Notes under the pieces: generated by a model | Told to the model about the DNA's origin: nothing | Databases searched by the model: none | What the model saw: only the letters and a program-made list of their open reading frames with translations | Shown: positions 45,948 to 55,329 of the stretch, in pieces | Numbering within the stretch: the stretch's first letter is position 1 | Layout of the letters: every line of letters starts with the position of its first letter | Source: an uncultured bacterium | GTDB lineage: Bacteria > Krumholzibacteriota > Krumholzibacteriia > JACNKJ01 | Assembly: GCA_963695095.1 (NCBI GenBank) | Contig: CAVOFT010000001.1 | Location: forward strand, 128,001 to 192,000 | Direction: 5' to 3' | Length of the DNA stretch: 64,000 nt | Translations under genes and position numbers: made by a program

Positions 45948-47051
45948 CTAGTCGCCGAAGCAGACGCCGGTCTCGCGGCCCAGCTTGACGAGGTCGTGGT
46001 CCGGCGGCACGAGGCGTTGCCGATTGGCGATCTTGGCGATGGGCACGCTGGAGATCTGATTCTGATAGAGGCGCACCATCTGCCCGGACTCGCCGCGGGC
46101 GAGCAGGTGCACGGCCTGGGAGCCGAGGCGCGAGGCGAGCACGCGATCGTAGGCCGTGGGCGTGCCGCCGCGCAGGAGGTGGCCGAGCACGGTGACCCGC
46201 GTCTCGAGCTTGGTGCGCTCCTCGATCTGCCGGGCAACCACGTTGCCGATGCCGCCCAGCCGCACGGGGTCCGGGCTTTCGGCGACCATGCGCGCCACCA
46301 CCTTGTCGCTGCCCTCCTGGCGCGCGCCCTCGGCGACGACGATGATGCTGAAACGCCGGCCGCTGCGGTTGCGCTCGAGGATCTGCTCGCAGATCGAGTC
46401 CAGGCGATAGGGGATCTCCGGCAGCAGGATGATGTCGCCGCCCGAGGCGATGCCCGCGTGCAGGGCCAGCCAGCCGGCATTGCGGCCCATCACCTCGACG
46501 ATCATCGCCCGGTGGTGGCTCTGGGCCGTGGTGTGGATGCGGTCGATGGCCTCCACCGCGATCGAGACGGCCGTGTCGAAGCCGAAGGTTTGGTCCGTCT
46601 CCTCGATGTCGTTGTCGATGGTCTTGGGGATGCCCACCACGGGCACGCCGAGCTGGCGCAGGCCGTCGGCGATGGACAGCGTGCCGTCGCCGCCGATGCA
46701 GGCGAGGGCGTCCAGGCCGAGGGAGCGGATCACGTCCAGGGTCTCCTGGCCGCGGTCCACCGTGGTGCGCTTCGCGCCCTCGCCGATGTGCCAGGCGAAG
46801 GGGTTGGCCGTGTTGCTGGTGCCCAGGATGGTGCCGCCCTGCATCAGCAGGCCGGAGACGTCGTCGCTCGTCAGCTTGCGATACTGCCGCGTGACCAGGC
46901 CGGCATAGCCGTCCTGGAAGCCGATCACGTCCCAGCCGTAGTGGCGGGTGGCCGTGCGCACCACGGCGCGGATGACGGCGTTGAGGCCGGGGGCGTCGCC
47001 GCCGCCCGTGAGCAGTCCGATCGCATGGATGCCGTTGCCCAAAGCCGCCAC
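45948..47051 (-). CDS. pfkA: 6-phosphofructokinase
   Basis: 'LTGGGDAPGLN', 'GGTILGT', 'IGGDGT', 'PKTIDND', 'EVMGR'; start uncertain (47042-47102). Confidence 0.93.
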   Translation of the reverse strand: MAALGNGIHAIGLLTGGGDAPGLNAVIRAVVRTATRHYGWDVIGFQDGYAGLVTRQYRKLTSDDVSGLLMQGGTILGTSNTANPFAWHIGEGAKRTTVDRGQETLDVIRSLGLDALACIGGDGTLSIADGLRQLGVPVVGIPKTIDNDIEETDQTFGFDTAVSIAVEAIDRIHTTAQSHHRAMIVEVMGRNAGWLALHAGIASGGDIILLPEIPYRLDSICEQILERNRSGRRFSIIVVAEGARQEGSDKVVARMVAESPDPVRLGGIGNVVARQIEERTKLETRVTVLGHLLRGGTPTAYDRVLASRLGSQAVHLLARGESGQMVRLYQNQISSVPIAKIANRQRLVPPDHDLVKLGRETGVCFGD

Positions 47052-47170
47052 CTTTCGCCGGGAGACTTCCTGCTGAGTAGCAGATATCGGCAAGTCCGGC
47101 AATGAGCTTGAGCCGCCACCCCCTTGGCCGGACGCTCCCTCGACGCTACCTTGTGGTCCGGAGGTGGCCG

Positions 47171-48073
47171 ATGCGGACGAGAGCCCGCTGCCGGGTGCTG
47201 GCCGTCGACCTGGACGGCACCCTGATCAGCAACGTCGAGGATCCCGCGCGCCCGGTGAGCGCGGCCAACCTGGAGGCCCTGCGCGAGCTGCGGGCGGCCG
47301 GGGCGCGCATCGTCATCGTCACCGGGCGCAACGAGGGCTCGGCGCGGAGCCTGCTGGCGCGCTGCGGCGACGGCGAGCTGGCGGCCAGCGATCTCATCCT
47401 CCACAACGGCGCCCTGATCGTGGACGGCGCGAGCGGCGCCACCCTGCGCGAGCTCGCCCTGCCCAGGGCGGAAGCCCTCGCCTACCTCGGCGTCTACCGC
47501 GCGCAGGGCTTGACTCCCCTGCTCTTCACGGACCGACGGCGGGGCGGCGCCTGCCTCGTGGAGGGCGAGCCGGGCCCCGAGAACACCCGCCTGGCCCGCT
47601 ACCTCGCCGTCCGCGAGCGGGAGGGCGAGGGCGAGCTGCGCCGGGTCCCCGACCTGAGCGCGGCGCTGGACGAGGACCCGCTGGCCCTGGCCACCATCGA
47701 CAGCCCGGCGCGCGTGGCGCCGGCCCGGACGGCCATGGCCGCCCTCGAGCTGCCCGGCAGCCGGGTCGCCGTGCAGGGGCTGGTGGGCCGGGGCGGCCAC
47801 GGGCCGGCTCAGTTCCTGGAGGTCTTCCACCGCGAGGCAGCCAAGGAGAAGGCCTTTGCGGCCTGGTGCGAACTGCGCAGCCTGCCCCTGGCCGAAACGG
47901 CGGCCATCGGCGACGGTCGCAACGACCTGGAGCTGCTCAAGGCCGTCGGACTGGGCATCGCCATGGGCAACGGCTCGGCGGAGCTGCAGGCAGCCGCCGA
48001 CCACGTGGCCCCGTGGCACGATCAGGATGGCCTGGCCGTGGCCATCCGGGCCCACCTGCTGATCTCGCCTTGA
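47171..48073 (+). CDS. Cof-type HAD-IIB hydrolase
   Basis: 'AVDLDGTL', 'VTGR', 'HNGA', 'AIGDGRNDLELL...IAMGN'. Confidence 0.9.
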   Translation: MRTRARCRVLAVDLDGTLISNVEDPARPVSAANLEALRELRAAGARIVIVTGRNEGSARSLLARCGDGELAASDLILHNGALIVDGASGATLRELALPRAEALAYLGVYRAQGLTPLLFTDRRRGGACLVEGEPGPENTRLARYLAVREREGEGELRRVPDLSAALDEDPLALATIDSPARVAPARTAMAALELPGSRVAVQGLVGRGGHGPAQFLEVFHREAAKEKAFAAWCELRSLPLAETAAIGDGRNDLELLKAVGLGIAMGNGSAELQAAADHVAPWHDQDGLAVAIRAHLLISP

Positions 48074-48117
48074 CTTTCTCATCGCGTTGAGTAAAATTAC
48101 TCAGTACATTGAGTAAA
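48070..48117 (+). promoter_or_regulatory. sigma70-like promoter with an overlapping palindromic operator
   Basis: TTGACT-N16-TAAAAT; palindrome TGAGTAA-AA-TTACTCA 48088-103; second TTGAGTAAA at 48109-17. Confidence 0.6.
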
Positions 48118-48141
48118 TCCATAACCACCTGTAACGGCAAT

Positions 48142-49335
48142 ATGTACAGACGAGAACAGGTCCTCAGGCTGGCCCAGCGCTTCGCTGAACCGCGGCGATT
48201 CATGCAGGCCCTGGTCGGTCCGCGGCAGGTCGGCAAGACCACGGCGGCTCGACAGCTGGCGGCAGAGCTGGAGCTCCCTGTGCAGTTCGCCAGCGCGGAT
48301 GAACCGGTCGCCAAGGACGGGCACTGGATCGAGCAGCAGTGGGAGGCGGGCCGCGCGCGCTGCCGCGCCCAGGCCGGGCCGCGTCCTGCCTTGCTCATCA
48401 TCGATGAGATCCAGAAGCTCCCGGCCTGGTCCGAGACGGTCAAGCGGCTCTGGGACGAGGACGGCGCCGGGGCCCTGCCGCTGCACGTCCTCATTCTCGG
48501 CTCCAGCACGCTACTCGTGCAGCGTGGCCTCAGCGAAAGCCTGGCCGGGCGCTTCGAACTCACGCCGATGACCCACTGGTCCTTCGCGGAGATGAGCGCC
48601 GCCTTCGGCTTCGATCTCGAGCGCTACCTCCTCTACGGCGGCTATCCGGGATCCGCACCGATCAGCGAAGAGCCGCAGCGCTGGGCGAGCTACATCCGCG
48701 ATGCGCTGATCGAGCCCACGCTCGCTCGCGACCTGCTCATGATGACGCGGGTGGACAAGCCGGCCCTGCTTCGCCGCCTGTTCGAACTGGCCTGCGTGCA
48801 TTCAGGGCAGATCCTGGCCTACCAGAAGATGCTCGGCCAGTTGCAGGACGCCGGCAACACGACGACGCTGGCGCACTATCTCGATCTGCTCGCGGCGGCG
48901 GGACTCGTAGCCGGCCTGCAGAAGCACGCGGGCGGCCACTCGCGGCGGCGCGGCTCGAGCCCCAAGTTGATCGCCCTCAACACGGCGCTGATGACAGCGT
49001 CAGCGGGGCTGGCCGCTTTCACGGGGCCCGAGCGGGCCGAAGCCCGTGGCCGCCTGGTGGAAACGGCGATCGGGGCGTGGCTCCTGAACGCGGGCGCGGC
49101 CGAGGGGATCGAGACCCGTTACTGGTCCAGCGGCAACCGGGAAGTCGACTTCGTGCTGAGCCGCGGCGGGGAGGTCGTGGCCATCGAGGTCAAGAGCGGC
49201 CCCCGCGCCGGTCGGCTGTCCGGGCTGGCGGCCTTCGCCGCCGAGCAAGCCGTGAAGCGCAAACTCCTCGTCGGCGCCGATGGCATCCCCATCGAAGACT
49301 TCCTGCAGACGCCTCCCGGGTTCTGGTTCGCCTGA
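48142..49335 (+). CDS. AAA_14 ATPase with C-terminal DUF4143 (PD-(D/E)XK-like)
   Basis: 'GPRQVGKTT', 'IIDEIQ', 'LGSS', 'ESLAGR', 'YGGYP', 'EVDFV...AIEVKSG'. Confidence 0.9.
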   Translation: MYRREQVLRLAQRFAEPRRFMQALVGPRQVGKTTAARQLAAELELPVQFASADEPVAKDGHWIEQQWEAGRARCRAQAGPRPALLIIDEIQKLPAWSETVKRLWDEDGAGALPLHVLILGSSTLLVQRGLSESLAGRFELTPMTHWSFAEMSAAFGFDLERYLLYGGYPGSAPISEEPQRWASYIRDALIEPTLARDLLMMTRVDKPALLRRLFELACVHSGQILAYQKMLGQLQDAGNTTTLAHYLDLLAAAGLVAGLQKHAGGHSRRRGSSPKLIALNTALMTASAGLAAFTGPERAEARGRLVETAIGAWLLNAGAAEGIETRYWSSGNREVDFVLSRGGEVVAIEVKSGPRAGRLSGLAAFAAEQAVKRKLLVGADGIPIEDFLQTPPGFWFA

Positions 49336-49382
49336 CCAGGGAACCCTTGCCCGCCAGCGCCTCCGCGCGCTAGCTTGAGGAC

Positions 49383-49706
49383 ATGTACCGCACCCTCCTC
49401 GCCATTCTGCTCGCCCTCGCCGCCGGCCTCCTCGCCGGCTGCGGCGACTGCGTCCGCTGCGACAAGGAGCAGGACCGCGTGCTCACCGAGATGGGCACGC
49501 CGGAAGAGACCGAGAGCCGCCGCGACGGCCACCTCATCACGGAGACCTGGTTCTACTGGGAGGAAAACCGCTCGGTGGTCTTCCTCTGGGACGAGCGCGA
49601 CTGCTCCTGCAGCGTCGACCACTACGACTTCGCGGAGGGCGGCGCGGCGGCGCTGCACTTCGAGACGAGGGGCGGCGCTCCCTACCGGCAACTGGCCCCC
49701 GAGTAA
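49383..49706 (+). CDS. small lipoprotein
   Basis: Lipobox 'LLAGC'; 'MGTPEE...ETWFY' resembles SmpA/BamE-like small domains; extra Cys pairs. Confidence 0.65.
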   Translation: MYRTLLAILLALAAGLLAGCGDCVRCDKEQDRVLTEMGTPEETESRRDGHLITETWFYWEENRSVVFLWDERDCSCSVDHYDFAEGGAAALHFETRGGAPYRQLAPE

Positions 49707-49710
49707 ACCC

Positions 49711-50940
49711 ATGCAGCGAAGCCCGCGCGGCATCGCCCTTCCCGCGGCGCTCGCCTTGCTGGCCCTGGCCGGGCCCGCCGGGGCGGCACAGCTGCGCGTT
49801 CCCGAGGACTACCCGAGCGTCGCGGCCGGCCTGGCGGCAGCGGCCTACGGCGACACGGTGAGCCTGGCCCCCGGCAGCTACGGGGAAGCCGGACTCGTCT
49901 GGCCGCGGGGCCGGGCCATCCTTGGCCGCTCCGGCGATCCCGAGGACACGGTCATCGACGCCGGATTCAAGGGACGGGTGCTGGGCGGCAGCGATCTCGA
50001 CGGCGCCAATGAGCTCGGCTACCTCACCTTGCGCAACGGGCAGGGGCCGGGCCCCTACGGCAGCGGGCTCATGGTCGTCGGCGATCCCCATCTCCACGAC
50101 CTGATCATCGAGTACTGCACGGCCAATGGCCCGCTCTACGGCATCGGCCTCTACGCGCGCGGCAGCGCGCGCATCGTCGACTGCCTGCTGCGCCACAATC
50201 GCTCCAGCGCGACCGGCACCGAAGGCGGGGGCGCCTGGCTGATGGGAACGCCGGCGGCCGGCGGCCACACCGTGCAGAATCTCGAGGTGCACGACAACGA
50301 GGCCTTCCACGCCAGCGGCATTCACTTCAACAACCTCTACGGGTTCTTCACGGGACTCTACTGCCACGACAACGTCGGCGACGGCATGGTGGTCTACAAC
50401 GGCAGCATCAACGGCACGGGCCCCACGGTCGAGTACTCGCTCTTCGCCGGCAACACGGGCTCCGGTCTCGCCTACGACGCCGATCTGATCCTCAGCAGCT
50501 GCACCTTCGTGGGCAACGGTAGCAGCGGGGCCGCCCCGGCGGCGATCGACGGCGGCTCCTCCTGGGACTTCACGCTCGAGCCGCACATCACGCAGTGCAT
50601 CGTGGCCTACAACAGGGGTCCCGGCATGCGGGGCCTGCCGCAGACGCCCTACACGATCGATTGCAACGACGTGTTCGGCAACGCCGGGGGCAACTACGCC
50701 GCTCTGCCCGACCTCGACGGCATCGACGGCAACATCTCCCTGGATCCGCAGTTCTGCGGCCAGGGCGATCGCCCCTACGGCCTCGAGGAGGACTCGCCCT
50801 GCGCCGAGGAGAACAACGACTGCGGCCTGCTGCTCGGCGCCTACGCGGTGAACTGCCCCGATGCCGGCTTCACACGCACGAGCTGGGGCGCCCTGAAGGT
50901 GCTCTACTCGGGCGAGCCCAAGGCTGAGCCGGAGCGCTAG
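49711..50940 (+). CDS. secreted right-handed beta-helix (pectin-lyase-fold) protein with a C-terminal SWGxxK motif
   Basis: Signal peptide, 'LRVPEDYPSV', Asn/Gly-rich repeats, 'GNISLDPQFC...SPC...GAY', 'TRTSWGALKVLY'. Confidence 0.8.
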   Translation: MQRSPRGIALPAALALLALAGPAGAAQLRVPEDYPSVAAGLAAAAYGDTVSLAPGSYGEAGLVWPRGRAILGRSGDPEDTVIDAGFKGRVLGGSDLDGANELGYLTLRNGQGPGPYGSGLMVVGDPHLHDLIIEYCTANGPLYGIGLYARGSARIVDCLLRHNRSSATGTEGGGAWLMGTPAAGGHTVQNLEVHDNEAFHASGIHFNNLYGFFTGLYCHDNVGDGMVVYNGSINGTGPTVEYSLFAGNTGSGLAYDADLILSSCTFVGNGSSGAAPAAIDGGSSWDFTLEPHITQCIVAYNRGPGMRGLPQTPYTIDCNDVFGNAGGNYAALPDLDGIDGNISLDPQFCGQGDRPYGLEEDSPCAEENNDCGLLLGAYAVNCPDAGFTRTSWGALKVLYSGEPKAEPER

Positions 50941-51965
50941 GGCACGAGGACGATCTTCCCGAACTGCGAGCGCTCGGCCAGGCGCCGGTGGGCCTCGGCC
51001 ACATCGGCCAGCGGCAGCACGCTGTCGATCACCGCCTTGAACGTGCCGTCGGCGACGAGCCGGTAGATGCGCGGCAGCGTGCCGCGACTGCCCATCGTGC
51101 TGCCCACGATCGCCAGGTTCTTGAAGAAGATGGGGCGCAGATCGGCGCTGAACTCCGGGCCGCTGCTCGCGCCGCAGCAGAGGATCCTGCCGCCCGCGGC
51201 CAGGGCGCGCAGGCTGCCGGCGAAGGTGGCCGCGCCCACGTGGTCCACGATGAGGTCGCAGCCGCGCTTCTCCGTGAGCGCGCGCACGGCCTGCGGCCAG
51301 GCGGGGTCGCTGTAGTTGAGCGTCTCCTGGGCGCCCAGCGCGCGCGCCCGGGCGAGCTTCTCGTCGCTGGAGGCGGTGGCGATCACCCGCGCCCCCGCGT
51401 AGCGGGCGATCTGGATGGCCGCGCTGCTCACGCCGCTGCCGGCCGCGTGCACGAGCACCGTGTCGGCCCCCGTCACGCGGCCCTTGACCATCAGCATCTC
51501 CCAGGCCGTGAGAAAGACCAGCGAGACGGCCGCCGCCGCCTCGACGCTGAGACCAGGAGGCAAGGGCAGGACGCTCGCCGCGGCCACGGCGATGAATTCG
51601 CAGTCGGTGCCGTCCGCGCTCTCGCCGTAGATGCCGTAATGGCGGCAGTAGTGGTCGCGGCCCGAGAGGCAGGCCTCGCAGCGCCCGCAGGAGTAGCCGG
51701 GCGCGATGGCCACGCGCTCGCCCACGGCGAGCCCCTCGACGCCGGGGCCCAGCGCCCGGATCACGCCGGCTCCATCGGCGCCCGGCGTGATGGGCAGGGG
51801 GAAGTGGTGCCCGGGCACGCCCCGCCGCACCCAGGTGTCGAGATGGTTGACGCCGGCAGCCTGGATCTCGACGAGCACCTGACCCGGGCCGGCGCTGGGT
51901 TCGGGCCGCTCCTCGAACTTGAGCACCTCCGGGCCCCCGTGCTCGTGGATGCGCAGCGCTCTCAT
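50937..51965 (-). CDS. zinc-binding alcohol dehydrogenase/quinone oxidoreductase
   Basis: 'HGGPEVL', 'CGRCEACLSG...C' structural zinc site, 'AAGSGVS', terminal 'FGKIVL'. Confidence 0.9.
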   Translation of the reverse strand: MRALRIHEHGGPEVLKFEERPEPSAGPGQVLVEIQAAGVNHLDTWVRRGVPGHHFPLPITPGADGAGVIRALGPGVEGLAVGERVAIAPGYSCGRCEACLSGRDHYCRHYGIYGESADGTDCEFIAVAAASVLPLPPGLSVEAAAAVSLVFLTAWEMLMVKGRVTGADTVLVHAAGSGVSSAAIQIARYAGARVIATASSDEKLARARALGAQETLNYSDPAWPQAVRALTEKRGCDLIVDHVGAATFAGSLRALAAGGRILCCGASSGPEFSADLRPIFFKNLAIVGSTMGSRGTLPRIYRLVADGTFKAVIDSVLPLADVAEAHRRLAERSQFGKIVLVP

Positions 51966-52011
51966 GTCGGTCTCCTTGCTGCCGGATTGAAGGCGCGCGC
52001 CGCGGGCGGGC

Positions 52012-52788
52012 CTACTCGCAGAAACAGGACCAGCTGCCCAGGAGGTCGTCCTCCTCGTCGCGCAGTTCGAGGAGCCAGGCGCCCGTCTGGCCCGGAAAGA
52101 AGGTCTTGTAGGACCAGGTCGCCCAGCGCTCCGCTTTCAGCGTCAGCGCGATCTCCTGCATCTCGCGCCCGCGAAAGATCCAGATGTGCCGCAGCACCTG
52201 CCCCACGCGCGCGCCGTCGACCTCCATCCAGAAGTAGACCCGGTCGTTCACGCCGAAGACCGTCCCCCGCCCCAGCAAGAGGCGGTTCTCCACGCTGTGG
52301 CCGAAGCCGGCGTCGAGCAGGCGCAGGGAACCCTTGCCGGCGGCCGCGGGCGCTGCCGGCGAGGGGGAGCTCCCGGGCGCGGTGGCGACGGGGTCAGCCG
52401 GCTCCGCCGGCGAAGCCGGGGCGCCATCGGCGGGGAAGCGCAGGAGCAGGATCAGGCTGCGGCGCTCGTCGCGGCGCTGGTCGGGCGCGGGCAGAAAGCG
52501 GCTCTGGCGCGCCGCCCGCAGGGCCTCGACCGTGAAGAGCTCCGGCAAACTGCTGCGCAGCAGCTCGGCCGCCGCCACGCGGCCCTCTGCGTCCACCTGC
52601 ACGCGCACCAGGGTAGTGCCGGTCAGGCGCGGTCGCTCGGCGGCCAGGGCCGGCGGGTAGCGCAAGGGCGGAATGTAGGTGCACACGGGGTGGCCCTTGC
52701 CCGGACCGGTGGCGCCGGCCGGCTCGCGCGCGAGGGCGGGAGCGCCGGCCGCGAGCAGACCGAGCAGGAGCAGCGCGCCGCGCCTCAT
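52012..52788 (-). CDS. exported TonB C-terminal plus DUF2914-like protein
   Basis: Signal peptide, 'YPP...GTTLVRVQVDAEGRV...LRSS...F.PA', Pro/Ala linker, 'VYFWMEV...HIW...WATWSYK...GAWLLE'. Confidence 0.7.
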   Translation of the reverse strand: MRRGALLLLGLLAAGAPALAREPAGATGPGKGHPVCTYIPPLRYPPALAAERPRLTGTTLVRVQVDAEGRVAAAELLRSSLPELFTVEALRAARQSRFLPAPDQRRDERRSLILLLRFPADGAPASPAEPADPVATAPGSSPSPAAPAAAGKGSLRLLDAGFGHSVENRLLLGRGTVFGVNDRVYFWMEVDGARVGQVLRHIWIFRGREMQEIALTLKAERWATWSYKTFFPGQTGAWLLELRDEEDDLLGSWSCFCE

Positions 52789-53987
52789 CGCCGCCCCTCC
52801 GCCGCGCTGGCGGGCCGGCCGCGGCCGGCATCCAGCGAGCCGTAGATGCCCTCGACGGCCTGGGCCATCCGCTCGATGCCGTACTGGCCGAGCGCGCGCT
52901 CACGGGCGGCGAGGGCCATGCGCCGGCCCTCCTCTGGCGCGCCGAGGGCGGCCAGGAGCTGCTGGGCCAGGGCTTCCGGATCGCCCCGCGGCACCGAGCG
53001 GCCGCTCACTCCGGTCTCCAGGAGCTCGGCCAGGCCGCCGGCGTCGCTGGCCAGCACGGGCACACCCGCGGCGAAGGCCTCCAGCACGACGCTGCCCAGA
53101 CCCTCCTCGCGGCTGGGCATGCAGAAGAGGTCGAGCGCCGCGAACAGGCGCGGCAGATCGTAGCGGCGGCCGAGCAGGCGGAAATGCTCGCCCATGCCCA
53201 GTAGCCGTGCCTCATCGTCGAGGCGCTGATGCTCCGGGCCCTCGCCGGCCACCACCACATGGAGCTGAGGCGCCTGGACGCAGGCGATGCTCGCCGCGCA
53301 CAGCAGGATGTCGAAGCCCTTGCTGCGGTCCAGGGCCCCGGCCGCGCCCACGAGGAAGGCGCCCGCCGGTAGCCCGAGCGCGTCGCGCTGGGCCCGGCGC
53401 AGCTCGGGATCGTAGCCGGCGGGCAGCGGAGCGGCCTCGCCGAGCTGGGCGCGCGCCGCGCCCACCAGCGGCGCGGGATCCACGGCACTCGGCACCAGGT
53501 GGATGCGGCTCCTGCCGACCCCCCGCGCCACGAGGCCCGCGGCCACGGCCTCGCTGATGGCGATGTAGCACTGGATGCGCCGGTCGCCGTACTTGAGCCG
53601 ATGCCCCAGGCCACCCTGACGAGCGAAAGCCGTGCGCCGGGTGACGAGCAAGCGGCGGCGGGCCAGGGGCGCCCAGCCCAGGCCCAGGCTCGCGATGGCC
53701 TGGGCCCGCGCCGTGTGGGCATGCCAGAGCTCGAGCCCCTGCCGGGCGGCGACGCGGCTCAGGCGCCAGGCCGCCAGGAGATCGAGATCGCCGCGGGGGG
53801 CGAAGGCGAAGCCTGCAAAACCCTCGGCACGGGCGGACTCGGCCAGGGCCGAGCCCGGCGGCGCGGCCAGCACGTTCGTCCAGCCTCGCTCGCGCAGGGC
53901 GCACATGAGCATCAACACCTGGCGCTGGCCACCTCGGAGCAGGCGACCGGTGTCCAGGTGCAGGACCGCGCGGGGCCCGTCCTGCAT
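52785..53987 (-). CDS. glycosyltransferase family 4
   Basis: 'LHLDTG..RGGQRQ', 'AISEAV', 'KGFD.LL', 'PSREEGLGSVVLEAFAAGVP'. Confidence 0.92.
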   Translation of the reverse strand: MQDGPRAVLHLDTGRLLRGGQRQVLMLMCALRERGWTNVLAAPPGSALAESARAEGFAGFAFAPRGDLDLLAAWRLSRVAARQGLELWHAHTARAQAIASLGLGWAPLARRRLLVTRRTAFARQGGLGHRLKYGDRRIQCYIAISEAVAAGLVARGVGRSRIHLVPSAVDPAPLVGAARAQLGEAAPLPAGYDPELRRAQRDALGLPAGAFLVGAAGALDRSKGFDILLCAASIACVQAPQLHVVVAGEGPEHQRLDDEARLLGMGEHFRLLGRRYDLPRLFAALDLFCMPSREEGLGSVVLEAFAAGVPVLASDAGGLAELLETGVSGRSVPRGDPEALAQQLLAALGAPEEGRRMALAARERALGQYGIERMAQAVEGIYGSLDAGRGRPASAAEGRR

Positions 53988-54264
53988 GCTTCCCCCTCGC
54001 CTGGATGCAGATGCGGGCAGGCTAGCACGGGATCGGGCGGCCAACAAGCGCAGCCAGGGCTGGAGGCAGCCCCGCTGGCCGGATCCTGTCACGCGAGCGT
54101 GACGAAAGCCGGTATTACGATCTGCGATTGTCCGATGCGTCTGCAGGCAGGGCTCAAGCTGGGAGCCCGGGTGGCCGAAAACGGAAAGAGCATTCCGACT
54201 GCCCTCCTCGGCCACTGTAGCCTGGGGCCCGGGGGCGGCGGTTCAAGGCATCTGGAGAAGCGCC

Positions 54265-54703
54265 ATGCTGCGATGCTTCCCTCCTCTGCTGCGCGCCGGG
54301 GTTTCGGCCATGGCCTGGGCCTTGGCTCTGGCCGCCATCTCGGCAGTGCCTGCGGCGGCAGAGGGGGGGGCCGGCGAGGCCGTTGCGCCGGTCCAGGTCG
54401 AGCTGGCCGGCTGGATCGCCGACCTGGATGCGGCGAGCGCCGCCCGCCGGCGCGCCGGCCTTCCCGCAGGCGGCCGCCTGGTTGGCCGCCCCCGGGGGCG
54501 GGACGGAGCTGGAGCTCGCCCGCGCGCTCTGCCGCCCGCGCTATGCCAGCCTGGCCGGACTGGCCGCGCTGTGGGCGGCCCGCCGGGAGGCCGGGGACAG
54601 CGCGGGGGCGGCGGCCCTGCTCCGCGACCGCATCCTGCCCACCTGCTTCGAGATCGCCGTCTGCCTGCGCGCGGCGGCCGCTGCCGAGGGGGATCGGCGA
54701 TGA
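54265..54703 (+). CDS. hypothetical exported protein (probable frameshift near 54455)
   Basis: Signal-peptide-like start after GGAG; the second half, in another frame, ends in an ATGA overlap with the response regulator. Confidence 0.4.
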
Positions 54704-55329
54704 AGATTCTCTGCGTCGACGACGACCGCGGCAGCCTGCTCCTCACCTGCCGTGTGCTGGAGCAAGCCTTTCCGGATGACGATCACTTCGCGGCCGGCTC
54801 CGGCGAGGAGGCGGTGCGGCTCCTGGGCAGCAAGGCCATCGACCTGGTGATCACGGACCTCGTGATGCCCGGCCTGTCGGGCATCGACGTGCTCGAGGAG
54901 GCCAAGCGGGAGCGCCGCGAAACGGAGGTGATCATGGTCACCGCGCACTCCTCGGTGGCCTCAGCCGTGCTGGCCATGCAGAAGGGGGCGCGCGACTACC
55001 TGGCCAAGCCCATCCATGGCGAGCTGCTCGTGGAGAAGGTGAGCCACCTGCGCGAGCTGCTGCACTCGCGGCGCGAGCTGGAGGACTATCGCTACGCGAT
55101 GGCCGTGCTCGAAAAGGACGCGACCTATGCGGCCGTCGGCAGCGAGCGCCGCCTCGATCAGCTTCAGCAGCGCGTCACGGCGGCACTGGCCGTGCTCGAG
55201 CAGCGCGAAGCGCCTGCCGATCAGCGACTCGAGCGCGTCCGGGCCCTGCTGGCCGCCGTCGAGATGGCGGCGATCCCGGCCGGCGTCCTCGGCGGGACGG
55301 CGGTGGCGCTCACCGCACTGGAGAAGTGA
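54700..55329 (+). CDS. response regulator (receiver domain plus coiled coil)
   Basis: 'ILCVDDD', 'VITDLVMPGLSG', 'MVTA', 'DYLAKP'. Confidence 0.9.
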   Translation: MKILCVDDDRGSLLLTCRVLEQAFPDDDHFAAGSGEEAVRLLGSKAIDLVITDLVMPGLSGIDVLEEAKRERRETEVIMVTAHSSVASAVLAMQKGARDYLAKPIHGELLVEKVSHLRELLHSRRELEDYRYAMAVLEKDATYAAVGSERRLDQLQQRVTAALAVLEQREAPADQRLERVRALLAAVEMAAIPAGVLGGTAVALTALEK

